From positions 768,001 to 832,000 of the forward strand of contig CAWFFN010000009.1 of assembly GCA_963815115.1 (NCBI GenBank): a stretch of 64,000 bases of DNA, read 5' to 3'. Both the position numbers and the translations under genes were made by a program. The notes below the pieces were generated by a model. That model was not told the DNA's origin, ran no database searches, and saw only the letters and a list, made by a program, of their open reading frames with translations. This DNA is from an uncultured delta proteobacterium (GTDB taxonomy: Bacteria > Desulfobacterota > Binatia > DP-6). This document shows, in pieces, positions 27,727-36,427 of the stretch. Numbering within the stretch: the stretch's first letter is position 1; each line of letters opens with the position of its first letter.

Positions 27727-28815
27727 ATGGGATACGAACCCGACACCGCAGACGTGGCGGAGGAGCTCCTCCACAACCTCCGCGGCCGCCTCGGGAGCGA
27801 TGCCGTCGACTACTCCGAGGCGCCCGAGCGCATCCACGGCGGATTCGACACGTTCATCTACGGCTTCAGCCTGCGCGGAGCCCCGCCGCGGTTCTCCGGC
27901 CGCCTCATCCTGCGCCTCTACCGGCCAGACACCAATCCGCGGCAGGCGTGCTTCGAGAGCACGATCCAGAACGTGCTCGCGGCAGCCGGCTATCCCTCCC
28001 CGCCCGTCCTCCTCGTCGGACGCGCAGGGGATGGGCTCGGGCTCCCGTTCGTCGTGATGCCGAGGGTACCGGGCCGGCTCATGCTCGATACTCTCTGGGG
28101 ACCGACCGCGCTCCGCATGAGCACGACCCTCGCCCGGGCCCAGATCGCCCTGCATGCCCTCGACCCGGGGCCGGTACGTCGTGCGCTCACCAGCGCCGGC
28201 TGGCCGGAGGATGCGCTGGCCGTCGAGAGGGAGCTGGCGGATGTCGAACGCGAGGTCGAGCGCGCCAGGCTCGACGGCCTGCGACCAGGCACCCGCTGGC
28301 TCGCCGGCAACCGGCCACGCTCCGCCGGCGACACCGTCGTCTGTCACGGGGACTTGCACCCGCTGAACGTGCTCGTCGATGGCGGGCGCATCAGTGGTGT
28401 CATCGACTGGTCGGAGCGGCGGCTCCGTCTCGGCGACCCGGCCTACGATGTCGGCGCGACGGTGGCGATCCTGTCGCACGGGCCCGTCGACGTTCCCGAT
28501 CTACTGGTCGGGCCGGTCACGCTCGGCCGACGTTGCTTCGTCGCCGCGTACCTCCGAGCCTACGCTCGTGACCGGCCGCTCGACCGCGAGCGGGTCCGCT
28601 ATTACGAGGCACTGCGCTGCCTCGTCTTCCTCGTCGAGGCGGGCGCCTCGCGCCAGGCGGCCGCCGGCGTCATTCCGCCGGTCTTCAAGCGGACCGCTTT
28701 CGGGGACGACCGGACGGTGCGCGGTGTGATCCGGCGCTTCCACGCCATCACCGGAACGGATCTCGGGATACCGCCGCCGGTTGAGGCCGCCGTGCAGGAA
28801 GGCAGGGAGCCATGA
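27727..28815 (+). CDS. Aminoglycoside phosphotransferase / choline kinase-like protein
   Basis: LILR, GYP.P.V, F.VMPRVPG, CHGDLHPLNVLV, GVIDWS, GDPAYD. Confidence 0.88.
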   Translation: MGYEPDTADVAEELLHNLRGRLGSDAVDYSEAPERIHGGFDTFIYGFSLRGAPPRFSGRLILRLYRPDTNPRQACFESTIQNVLAAAGYPSPPVLLVGRAGDGLGLPFVVMPRVPGRLMLDTLWGPTALRMSTTLARAQIALHALDPGPVRRALTSAGWPEDALAVERELADVEREVERARLDGLRPGTRWLAGNRPRSAGDTVVCHGDLHPLNVLVDGGRISGVIDWSERRLRLGDPAYDVGATVAILSHGPVDVPDLLVGPVTLGRRCFVAAYLRAYARDRPLDRERVRYYEALRCLVFLVEAGASRQAAAGVIPPVFKRTAFGDDRTVRGVIRRFHAITGTDLGIPPPVEAAVQEGREP

Positions 28816-29132
28816 TCGACCGCGTGCAGCTGCTGAAGCTCCGGCCGGAGCACGCCACACCGGAGGGCCGCGCCGGCGTGGTCGAGCGTGCGCTGTCGGT
28901 CCTCCCCCGCGTACCGGGCGTGCTCGGCGTGACGGCGGGGGTGCCCGCCGACGCGGACGCCGGGAAGTCGTGGGACGTCCTCATCTCGCTGCGCTTCGCC
29001 ACCCTCGCCGACGTCGAGCCCTCCTCCGCGCACGCCGAGCACCGCCGCTTCGTGGACGAGTTCCTCGCGCCGCGGGTCGAGGTGAAGAAGGGTTGGAGCT
29101 TCGAGACCCGCGACGGCCCGCCGCGATCCTAG
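28812..29132 (+). CDS. Dabb (stress-responsive A/B barrel) protein
   Basis: I.RV.LLKL, L..VPGV, WD......F, H.EH..F. ATGA overlap with upstream gene. Confidence 0.8.
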   Translation: MIDRVQLLKLRPEHATPEGRAGVVERALSVLPRVPGVLGVTAGVPADADAGKSWDVLISLRFATLADVEPSSAHAEHRRFVDEFLAPRVEVKKGWSFETRDGPPRS

Positions 29133-29150
29133 GAGACGGGAGGAAGCGGC

Positions 29151-29864
29151 GTGGGCTTCGCCGGGGCCGGCATCCTCCTCGCAGCCGCGGTTGCATGCGG
29201 CGGCCCGGCGCGGGAGCGGGCGACTGCGGCGGCCGGCACCGGCAGCTCCGAGGTCGCGCGGACGCGCATGGTGCGGGAGCAGATCGCCGCTCGCGGCATC
29301 TCCGACCCCCGCGTGCTCGAGGCCATGCGCACCGTGCCCCGGCACGAGTTCGTCCCGGCCGCGTCGCGCGACCAGGCCTACGCCGACCGGCCGCTTCCCA
29401 TCGGGGAGGATCAGACCATCAGCCAGCCGTACATCGTGGCCCTGATGACGGAGCTGGCGGAGGTCCGGCCTGGCGATCGGGTGCTCGAGGTCGGTACCGG
29501 CTCGGGCTACCAGGCGGCGGTCCTGGTCGCGCTCGGGGCGAACGTCTACAGCGTCGAGATCGTCGAGCCGCTCGCGAGACGGGCGGCGGAGACCCTCCGG
29601 CGGCTCGGCTACGGTGTGCATCTCCGGCACGGCGACGGCTACCGCGGGTGGCCCGATGCGGCGCCTTTCGACGCCATCGTCGTCACCGCGGCGCCGCCCA
29701 GGGTGCCGCCTGCGCTCGTCGCGCAGCTTGCCCCGGGCGGACGCCTGGTCGTCCCCGTGGGCGACGACGAGCAGGAGCTGCAGGTGCTGGTACGCCGGCC
29801 GTCCGGCATCGAGACTCGTCACGTCGTGCCCGTGCGCTTCGTGCCGATGGTCGGCGGTCCCTGA
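29151..29864 (+). CDS. pcm: Protein-L-isoaspartate O-methyltransferase, with lipoprotein-like N-terminus
   Basis: [44 protein letters not shown]...APFDAI.VTAA, VRFVPM. Confidence 0.95.
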   Translation: MGFAGAGILLAAAVACGGPARERATAAAGTGSSEVARTRMVREQIAARGISDPRVLEAMRTVPRHEFVPAASRDQAYADRPLPIGEDQTISQPYIVALMTELAEVRPGDRVLEVGTGSGYQAAVLVALGANVYSVEIVEPLARRAAETLRRLGYGVHLRHGDGYRGWPDAAPFDAIVVTAAPPRVPPALVAQLAPGGRLVVPVGDDEQELQVLVRRPSGIETRHVVPVRFVPMVGGP

Positions 29865-29882
29865 TCTGCTACTCTCCCTCTC

Positions 29883-31121
29883 GTGGCTGCTCCGTCGAGC
29901 TGTCTGACGCATCTCGAGTGCACCGCCTGCGGGCGGCGCGAGAGCGCCGAGCAGCTCCAGACGACCTGTCCTGCGTGCGGCAAGGTGCTCTACGCCCGCT
30001 ACGACCTGGACGCCGTGCGCCGCGCGCTGCCGCGGGACGCGCTGCGCGATCGCGAGCCGTCGCTGTGGCGATACCGCGAGCTGCTGCCGGTTCGCGAGGC
30101 ACGCAACGTCGTCACCCTCGGCGAGGGGATGACGCCGCTGCTGCCGGCACCGCGTCTCGGCGCGGCGCTCGGCTGCCCGGCGCTGATGGTCAAGGACGAG
30201 GGTGTGAATCCCACCGGCTCGTTCAAGGCGCGCGGGCAGGCGGTCGCGGTGTCGCGCGCGCTGGAGCTGGGCGTGCGAACGCTGGCGATCCCGTCGGCGG
30301 GCAACGCCGGGGGCGCCATGGCGGCCTACGCTGCCCGCGCCGGCCTGCCGGCGCAGGTCTTCATGCCGCGTGACGTGCCGCCGGCCAACGCCGCCGAATG
30401 CGTTCTCTACGGTTCCCGTCTGCACCTGGTCGCTGGGCTGATCGGCGATTGCGGGCGTCTGGTGCGTCACGGCGTCGCGGCGCACGGCTGGTTCGATCTC
30501 TCGACGCTGCGCGAGCCCTACCGCCAGGAGGGCAAGAAGACCATGGGCTGCGAGCTCGCCGAGCAGCTCGGCTGGACGCTGCCCGATGCCGTCATCTACC
30601 CGACCGGTGGAGGCACCGGCATCGTGGGCATGTGGAAGGCGTTCGAGGAGATGCAGCAACTCGGCTGGATCGACGGCCGGCGCCCGAAGATGATCTCCGT
30701 CCAGGCCGAGGGCTGTGCCCCGATCGTGCGCGCCTTCGAGCGCGGGGAACGGCACGCGGAGCCGTGGCTGGACGCGCACACGGCTGCCAGCGGCCTGCGG
30801 GTGCCGGCGGCGCTCGGCGACTATCTGATGCTCGACGCCATCCGCGACAGCGGTGGCACCGCCGTGGCGGTTTCCGATGCCGCCATGATCGCGGACATGC
30901 GCGCCCTCGCCGTCGAGGAGGGCATCTCGGCGGCGCCGGAAGGTGCGGCCACGCTGGCAGCCCTGCGCGTGCTGCTCGCCCGGGGCGTGCTCCGGCGCGA
31001 CGAGCGCATCGTGCTCTTCAACACCGGGGCGGCGTGGAAGTACGTCGAGCTGATGCCGATGCCGGAGCTGCCGGTGCTCGATCCGGACGATCCGCGCGCA
31101 CTGGAAGCCGTCGGCGCGTAG
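29883..31121 (+). CDS. thrC: Threonine synthase (fold-type II PLP)
   Basis: N-terminal CxxC...CxxC, LWRYRELLP, TLGEG.TPL, NPTGSFKARG, SAGNAG, YPTGGGTG. Confidence 0.85.
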   Translation: MAAPSSCLTHLECTACGRRESAEQLQTTCPACGKVLYARYDLDAVRRALPRDALRDREPSLWRYRELLPVREARNVVTLGEGMTPLLPAPRLGAALGCPALMVKDEGVNPTGSFKARGQAVAVSRALELGVRTLAIPSAGNAGGAMAAYAARAGLPAQVFMPRDVPPANAAECVLYGSRLHLVAGLIGDCGRLVRHGVAAHGWFDLSTLREPYRQEGKKTMGCELAEQLGWTLPDAVIYPTGGGTGIVGMWKAFEEMQQLGWIDGRRPKMISVQAEGCAPIVRAFERGERHAEPWLDAHTAASGLRVPAALGDYLMLDAIRDSGGTAVAVSDAAMIADMRALAVEEGISAAPEGAATLAALRVLLARGVLRRDERIVLFNTGAAWKYVELMPMPELPVLDPDDPRALEAVGA

Positions 31122-31131
31122 AGCGATCGCC

Positions 31132-31162
31132 AAAAAAAAGCGGCGGCCGGATGGCCGCCGCT
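31132..31162 (-). terminator. Rho-independent terminator of the 31221-32543 gene
   Basis: Stem GCGGCGGCC / GGCCGCCGC with 4-nt loop, followed by a T8 tract on the minus strand. Confidence 0.85.
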
Positions 31163-31180
31163 CGTCGGATGAAGTCGCAT

Positions 31181-31214
31181 GTTCCGGGCGGAGGGTGATC
31201 CCTCCGCCCGGAAC
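31181..31214. repeat. Perfect 15-bp hairpin just downstream of the 31221-32543 stop
   Basis: GTTCCGGGCGGAGGG-TGAT-CCCTCCGCCCGGAAC. Confidence 0.85.
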
Positions 31215-31220
31215 GCGTGG

Positions 31221-32543
31221 TCACGGGGTGATGGTCGCCGGCACGCAGATCTCGTCGAGCTGCGTGGCCTGCGGCGTCGTGCTCCCGAACTGGGTGTTGG
31301 TCCCGAACTGGTTGTTCAGGAAGAGCTTGAACGTGGGGAAGGGCGGCGTGGGCCGCGCGAAGAAGCACATCAGACCCGACGGGTTGCCTACGGCCGAGGG
31401 GTCCTCGTTGTTCTTGCTCGCCGGTGCGCAGATGGTCCACTTGCCGGGCTTGGTGAAGCCGGGGACGGTGATCGGGCCGGGCGGCTTGAGCAGCGGGCTG
31501 AACTGGTCCGCGTAGGTGAGCGGCGTGTTGTTGAGATTCGGTCCCGTGATGTTGTCGATGTCGCGGCACAGGAAGTGGCGCACGGCGTTCAGCGGCGGAG
31601 GGCTTGCCGGCCCCGGAGGCGTGAGACTCTTATTGGTCGGCACGAGCAGCCGGTGCGGTCCCTTCACGTCGAAGGTGAAGGTGCCGAACAGCGTGGCGGC
31701 CGTCACCCCGGTGTCCACCACAGAATTGCCCACCGAGGAGAATTCGTAGGCGGCGAGGTGGATGCCGTTGACGATGCCCGGGAGCGCCGGATCGGGCGGG
31801 ATGACGAAGGGGGCACAGAGGCGATGCATCTCCGTGAGGGTGAGCGAATTGGTACTGAATACGTCCTGGACGCTGACGTTAGGGATCTTCGGCTTCAGCA
31901 TGCCTTTCGTCACCTGATAGCAAGCGTACTTGTCGGGCGGGGTCACCGGGACCGAGCCCGTCTGGAAGCCACCGGACAGCAGCACGCCGTTGTCGCACCT
32001 CGCGAGATCGTAGCCGATCACCTGCTCGATCACGCCGTTCGCGTTCGAACTCGCCGCGAGGATCGTCTCGCTGAACGAGAACTGGCAGAAGCCGGGCGGG
32101 ATCGGGCTGCCGGTGGGGATCGAGAGGAACGGCGTGAACGTGAACACGAGATGCGACGGGACGGGACCGCCACCGGGATTGTTCGAGGCGATCGTGCCAG
32201 GGCAGTTCGTCACGATGGAGGCGTCGCCATCGTAGGACATCACCGGCCCTTCGCTCGGGCAGTTGGGGGTCGGCCCCGGCGGATCGGCGCAGGAGAGGTC
32301 GAAGCCAAAGCTGCTCACCTGCAGCACGTTCAGCGGGCCACCCGTGATGGTGCCCGCGCCCAGGTCGATCCGCACATCGAGCGTGTCGCCGATGTTGTTG
32401 ACGATCTGGGAGTTCGGGTAGGAGATATTGATGAAGCCGTTGCACTCCTGGGCCGCCTGTGCGGGGGCCGCTGTCAGCAGCGCCGCCACGCCCACAGCGA
32501 GCAGACCTCTCCTCAGGGTTCCGATCAGGATCTTTGTACTCAT
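31221..32543 (-). CDS. Secreted hypothetical protein with four tandem Cys-containing repeats
   Basis: Signal peptide (…APAQA), GGAGG RBS. Repeats of [DH]x2-3C[YF]…D/NQF…(L/I)CxP in the C-terminal half. Confidence 0.8.
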   Translation of the reverse strand: MSTKILIGTLRRGLLAVGVAALLTAAPAQAAQECNGFINISYPNSQIVNNIGDTLDVRIDLGAGTITGGPLNVLQVSSFGFDLSCADPPGPTPNCPSEGPVMSYDGDASIVTNCPGTIASNNPGGGPVPSHLVFTFTPFLSIPTGSPIPPGFCQFSFSETILAASSNANGVIEQVIGYDLARCDNGVLLSGGFQTGSVPVTPPDKYACYQVTKGMLKPKIPNVSVQDVFSTNSLTLTEMHRLCAPFVIPPDPALPGIVNGIHLAAYEFSSVGNSVVDTGVTAATLFGTFTFDVKGPHRLLVPTNKSLTPPGPASPPPLNAVRHFLCRDIDNITGPNLNNTPLTYADQFSPLLKPPGPITVPGFTKPGKWTICAPASKNNEDPSAVGNPSGLMCFFARPTPPFPTFKLFLNNQFGTNTQFGSTTPQATQLDEICVPATITP

Positions 32544-33015
32544 CGCGGTATCCTCCAGAGGTTGAACGTTGAACTGCCGTGCCGCTCGACTTGGTGGACC
32601 GCTCGCGTGAGTGGGTTCCCGGACCTACGCAGTGTACTCGATGAGACGCGTAGAGCCCAGGAAAAAATGCGCGCTCGTGCCGTCGCTGACCGAGGCGGAG
32701 CCTCCGGCGAGGTCAACCGGGCTCGGCTCGCGTACGATACGCGCGGCGGCGGCGTTTGGATTCCGAAGCGCTCTGGTCGGGCGCTGCCGACCGGGAGCAC
32801 TCATGCCGCGGGCTGATCGCATCCAGACGTCGCTCGGCCCGACGGCGTTACATGGGAGGGTACGTCAGTTCCAAGCCAAACGACCGAACGGAGATTCAGC
32901 CATCGACCCACAGGCGACCGCCATTTCTCCTGACCGTACCGACATGGAGACATCTATGGCGTCTGGCTGGTTAGAATCCCCTCTGGTAGCATGAGACCTT
33001 GTAGCGGGGAGGGAC

Positions 33016-35019
33016 ATGAGTCAACGGGTATGGGGCGAGAGGCGGTCGGCGCAGGTGACGACGGGGAGGTCGGCTGGGCGGCTCGCCGGCCTCGAGCTGT
33101 CGGCGATCAAAGCGGTCGAGCTTGAGGCGAGCCGCATGCCGGACGTCGTTTCGCTCGCCCAGGGCATCCCGAGCTTCGACACTCCGGACCCCATCAAACG
33201 CTTCGTGGAGGAGCGCCTCGCCGAAGGTCTGTGCGGCCGCTACTCGGTGACCCCGGGCCTGCCGCGCCTTCGCGAGGCCATCGCCGAGGCCCTGGCGCGC
33301 GACGCGATGGCCTACGATCCCGACGGTGAGATCCTGGTCACGGCGGGATCGATCGAGGCGATCGCCGCGAGTCTCCTCGCCCTCATCCAGCCGGGCGACG
33401 AAGTGCTCGTGGTCTCACCCACTTACGCCTCTTATCTTCCCGCGATTCGCCTCGCGGGCGGGGTGCCTCGCTTCGTGCCACTGGCGGAGGACGCGAACTT
33501 CGACCTCGACCCCGACGCCATCTCCGCCGCTGCGGGGCGGCGCACCCGTGCCCTGGTCCTGTGCAATCCGAACAACCCGACGGGGACCGTGTTCTCGGCG
33601 GAGCAGACCCGCCGCATGCTGCAGGTCGCCGAGCGCGAGGACATCGCCGTCATCGCCGACGAGGTCTACAAGGATTTCCTCTACGGCGACGCGCGTATCC
33701 ACAGCGCGGCGATGGAGCCGTCAGCGCGCGACCGCGTGATCCGCGTCTGCTCATTCTCTAAGGCCTATGCCATGACCGGCTGGCGGGTTGGGTTCCTGCA
33801 CGGCCCCGCCCGCATGGTCACCGACGTGCTCAAGGTACACGACACCATGGTCACCTGTGCGCCGGTCATCTCCCAGTACGCCGCGCTGGCCGCCCTCGAG
33901 CTCGGCGACGAGGCGATCGGGAACTTCCGTGCCGAGTTCCGCCGTCGCCGGGACCAGGTCATCGCGCGCCTCGATGCGCTCCCCGAGGTCTTCGACTACC
34001 AGAAGCCGAACGCGTCCTACTTCGTCTTCCCGCGCGTGAAGGACACGGTTCCGCTGGCACGAGACTCCCGCCGGCTCGCTGCCGACATCCTTGCTCGCGC
34101 CCGGGTCGCTCTGGTGCCGGGCGTCGCCTTCGGGCCGACGGGAGAGGGCCACCTGCGCGCCTGCTACGCTCGCAGCTCCGACGACATCCACCGCGCTTTC
34201 GACAGGCTGGGCGACTACTTCGCCGGGGCCCGGCCGCGGGCGACCGATGGGCGCGGCGGCACGCGGGGGGTCACGAGGGCGCCCGGGTTGATGCACCGCA
34301 CGGGCATGGCCCTGCTTCGCCACGGGGCACGCGCCCACCTCGCCCGCACGCGCCCCCGCGTCGTGGCCATCACGGGAACGCAGGGCAAGACCGTCATGAA
34401 GCGCGCCCTGAGCGAGCTACTCGCCGGCCGGCTCCGGGTACGGGCCAACCCGCTCTCCTACAACACGGCGATCGGGGTTCCCCTCGCCGTCCTCGGCCGG
34501 ACGATCGAGACGCGGCCGCCTGCGCGCCTGATGCGCGGAGTCGCGGCCGCGCTGCGGACGGCCTACGCGGGCCGGGAAGCGGTGGACGTCATGGTGCTCG
34601 AGCTCGGCGTCCGGAGTCCGGGCGACGTGCGATCGCACCTCGACCTCGTGCACCCCGACATCGTCGTGGTGGCCCCCCTCGGCCCGAGCTTCCGCCAGGA
34701 GGTGGACGCCCGCGACACACTCAGGGTGGAGATCGAGGCGTTGTGCGCGGAGATCGCACCGGGATCGCTCCTACTGTGCGACGACGATCCGTTCCTCGCC
34801 GAGCTGGCTCGCCGCACACCGGGCGCGGTACGCTTCGGCCGCGACGACGTCGAGCGACGCGGCGAGGACGTCGTTCTGCGCGTCGACGGGGTCGCGTGGC
34901 CTGTCGGCCGCGACACGGTCGGAGGGAGCGGCCTACGCGCCCTGTCCGTCGCCGTCCGCGTCGGGCGTTTGCTGGGGCTCGGTGACGCGGACATCGGACG
35001 GTTCCTGAAGGCGAGCTGA
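33016..35019 (+). CDS. Class I/II PLP aminotransferase fused to a MurF-like Mur-ligase central domain
   Basis: SLAQGIP, NPNNPTG, IADEVY, SFSKAYAMTGWRVG, PGVAFG. Then VVAITGTQGKT, SYNTAIGVPL.VLG, VLELG...PGD......PDIVVV. One uninterrupted ORF. Confidence 0.88.
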   Translation: MSQRVWGERRSAQVTTGRSAGRLAGLELSAIKAVELEASRMPDVVSLAQGIPSFDTPDPIKRFVEERLAEGLCGRYSVTPGLPRLREAIAEALARDAMAYDPDGEILVTAGSIEAIAASLLALIQPGDEVLVVSPTYASYLPAIRLAGGVPRFVPLAEDANFDLDPDAISAAAGRRTRALVLCNPNNPTGTVFSAEQTRRMLQVAEREDIAVIADEVYKDFLYGDARIHSAAMEPSARDRVIRVCSFSKAYAMTGWRVGFLHGPARMVTDVLKVHDTMVTCAPVISQYAALAALELGDEAIGNFRAEFRRRRDQVIARLDALPEVFDYQKPNASYFVFPRVKDTVPLARDSRRLAADILARARVALVPGVAFGPTGEGHLRACYARSSDDIHRAFDRLGDYFAGARPRATDGRGGTRGVTRAPGLMHRTGMALLRHGARAHLARTRPRVVAITGTQGKTVMKRALSELLAGRLRVRANPLSYNTAIGVPLAVLGRTIETRPPARLMRGVAAALRTAYAGREAVDVMVLELGVRSPGDVRSHLDLVHPDIVVVAPLGPSFRQEVDARDTLRVEIEALCAEIAPGSLLLCDDDPFLAELARRTPGAVRFGRDDVERRGEDVVLRVDGVAWPVGRDTVGGSGLRALSVAVRVGRLLGLGDADIGRFLKAS

Positions 35020-35433
35020 GGCCCGTGACGGCCCGGGCAGCGGTGGGCCGGCCGAGGACTCTTCTTGCTCGGTAGGCTACAGCGGCGTACCGGGGAACGG
35101 GAAACGGGTCCCCTAGACGGTCGGCTGCGTCAGGCAGCACTTCTTTGTGATGACCGAGATGACCATCTCAGCGTGCCGTCCAGCGCATGGCGCCAATGGC
35201 TCGCAGCCTGCACCTGGAGAAGTGCCCGCGCCGCCCGCAGCCCAGCTGCGACACGGCCGAGTTCACCGTGAAAGACCTCTGAATCGCGCATCGGCACGGC
35301 GGCACGCAGCTGCTGCCAGCGGGTTATTGGCAAGCTGGACGAGTTCGCCGGCGGGACCAGCGTGTCCCCATCGACGCGGCCTTTCCCGACCACTACCTCA
35401 CCATGAACGATCGGGTGAGGCCGTCCGCCTCCG

Positions 35434-35862
35434 CTAGGAACCGAAGTAGCGGAACGCTGCGCGAGCCGCCATGAACCAGACCGCCACGGTGGAGACCAGG
35501 TAGAGGTAGAACCGCACGATCACGATGTTGATCGTGCAGTGGACGGCGCTGTGCAGGGCGCGAAACACGACGAACACCCAGGCAGCCGTCAGGTGTGCGG
35601 GATCGACCTGATTGGTCACGAACAGGTAGAGCGCCAGCGCGTAGAAGAGTACGGGGATCTCGAAGAGGTTCTTCAGGTTGTCCGACGGATTGGCGACCGC
35701 CGCGGGCGAAAGTCGAGCGAGCGCACCGGGGACGGCCAGGTCCGTCGGACTGAGCTTGCTCCCTCTGATGAATCCGATGCGTCGGACGTACATGAACGCC
35801 CAGACGACGAACGTCAGGATCATCGTGGAGAAAAAGGGACCGAAGATCGCCGTCTGGGGCAT
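35434..35862 (-). CDS. MAPEG-family membrane protein
   Basis: NPSDNLKNLFEIPVLFY, AWVFVVFRALHSAVH. Confidence 0.85.
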   Translation of the reverse strand: MPQTAIFGPFFSTMILTFVVWAFMYVRRIGFIRGSKLSPTDLAVPGALARLSPAAVANPSDNLKNLFEIPVLFYALALYLFVTNQVDPAHLTAAWVFVVFRALHSAVHCTINIVIVRFYLYLVSTVAVWFMAARAAFRYFGS

Positions 35863-35920
35863 CGTCCTCTCCTTCCAGCTCGCGTTTCACTTGCAAGGCC
35901 GCTGACGTCTCGCCCGGCCG

Positions 35921-36415
35921 TCAGGCGTTGGCCATTCGATCCCTGAGAAGGACCCGGAACGTGATGTAGTGCGTGACCAGGAGCGCCGGCACCCAGAACG
36001 CCGGGATCCAGTACGCCGGGCCCATGTACGCCGGCGCGCCGTACAGCGTCGACAGCACGATCGCCAGCATCAGATCGAGCGTTCCTTCCACGTTGAACGC
36101 CCATACCAGACCTCGTGCCCATGGGTGATCGCGGACGACGGCGACGAGCGCACCGAAGGCCAGCAGCGCCGCGAGCAGATCGCCGAATGCCGCGGGATAG
36201 GCGAACTGCGCGGGCATGCCGGGGTATGTGGCGCTGGGTGCGAGGAACATGAGCCCCAGGTGGCGGAACGAGTGCAGCAGAAGGATGGGCGCCATGATGG
36301 TGCGGAAGCTCCAGGTCCCGAGCTTCGGCAGGACGTACAGTCGAGCGGCCGCGTAGAACACCACCGTGCTGGCCACGAGGTTGATGGTGAGTATGCGATC
36401 GAAGAGGGCTTGCAT
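35921..36415 (-). CDS. Hypothetical integral membrane protein
   Basis: About 5 hydrophobic helices; LLHSFRHLGL.FL, PAAFGDL, WIPAFWVP.LLVTH. Confidence 0.75.
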   Translation of the reverse strand: MQALFDRILTINLVASTVVFYAAARLYVLPKLGTWSFRTIMAPILLLHSFRHLGLMFLAPSATYPGMPAQFAYPAAFGDLLAALLAFGALVAVVRDHPWARGLVWAFNVEGTLDLMLAIVLSTLYGAPAYMGPAYWIPAFWVPALLVTHYITFRVLLRDRMANA

Positions 36416-36427
36416 GGTGTCCAGTTG

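Noticed and set aside
32544-33015. 470-bp intergenic region with several hairpins (for example about 32770-32798) as a riboswitch or sRNA
   Set aside because: No recognisable aptamer motif. Hairpins of this size are expected in GC-rich DNA, and the region must hold two divergent promoters.
35020-35433. Short ORFs (35130-35393-, 35147-35437+) or a gene remnant
   Set aside because: No family motif, RBS or consistent codon bias. It may be degraded coding DNA but I cannot identify it.
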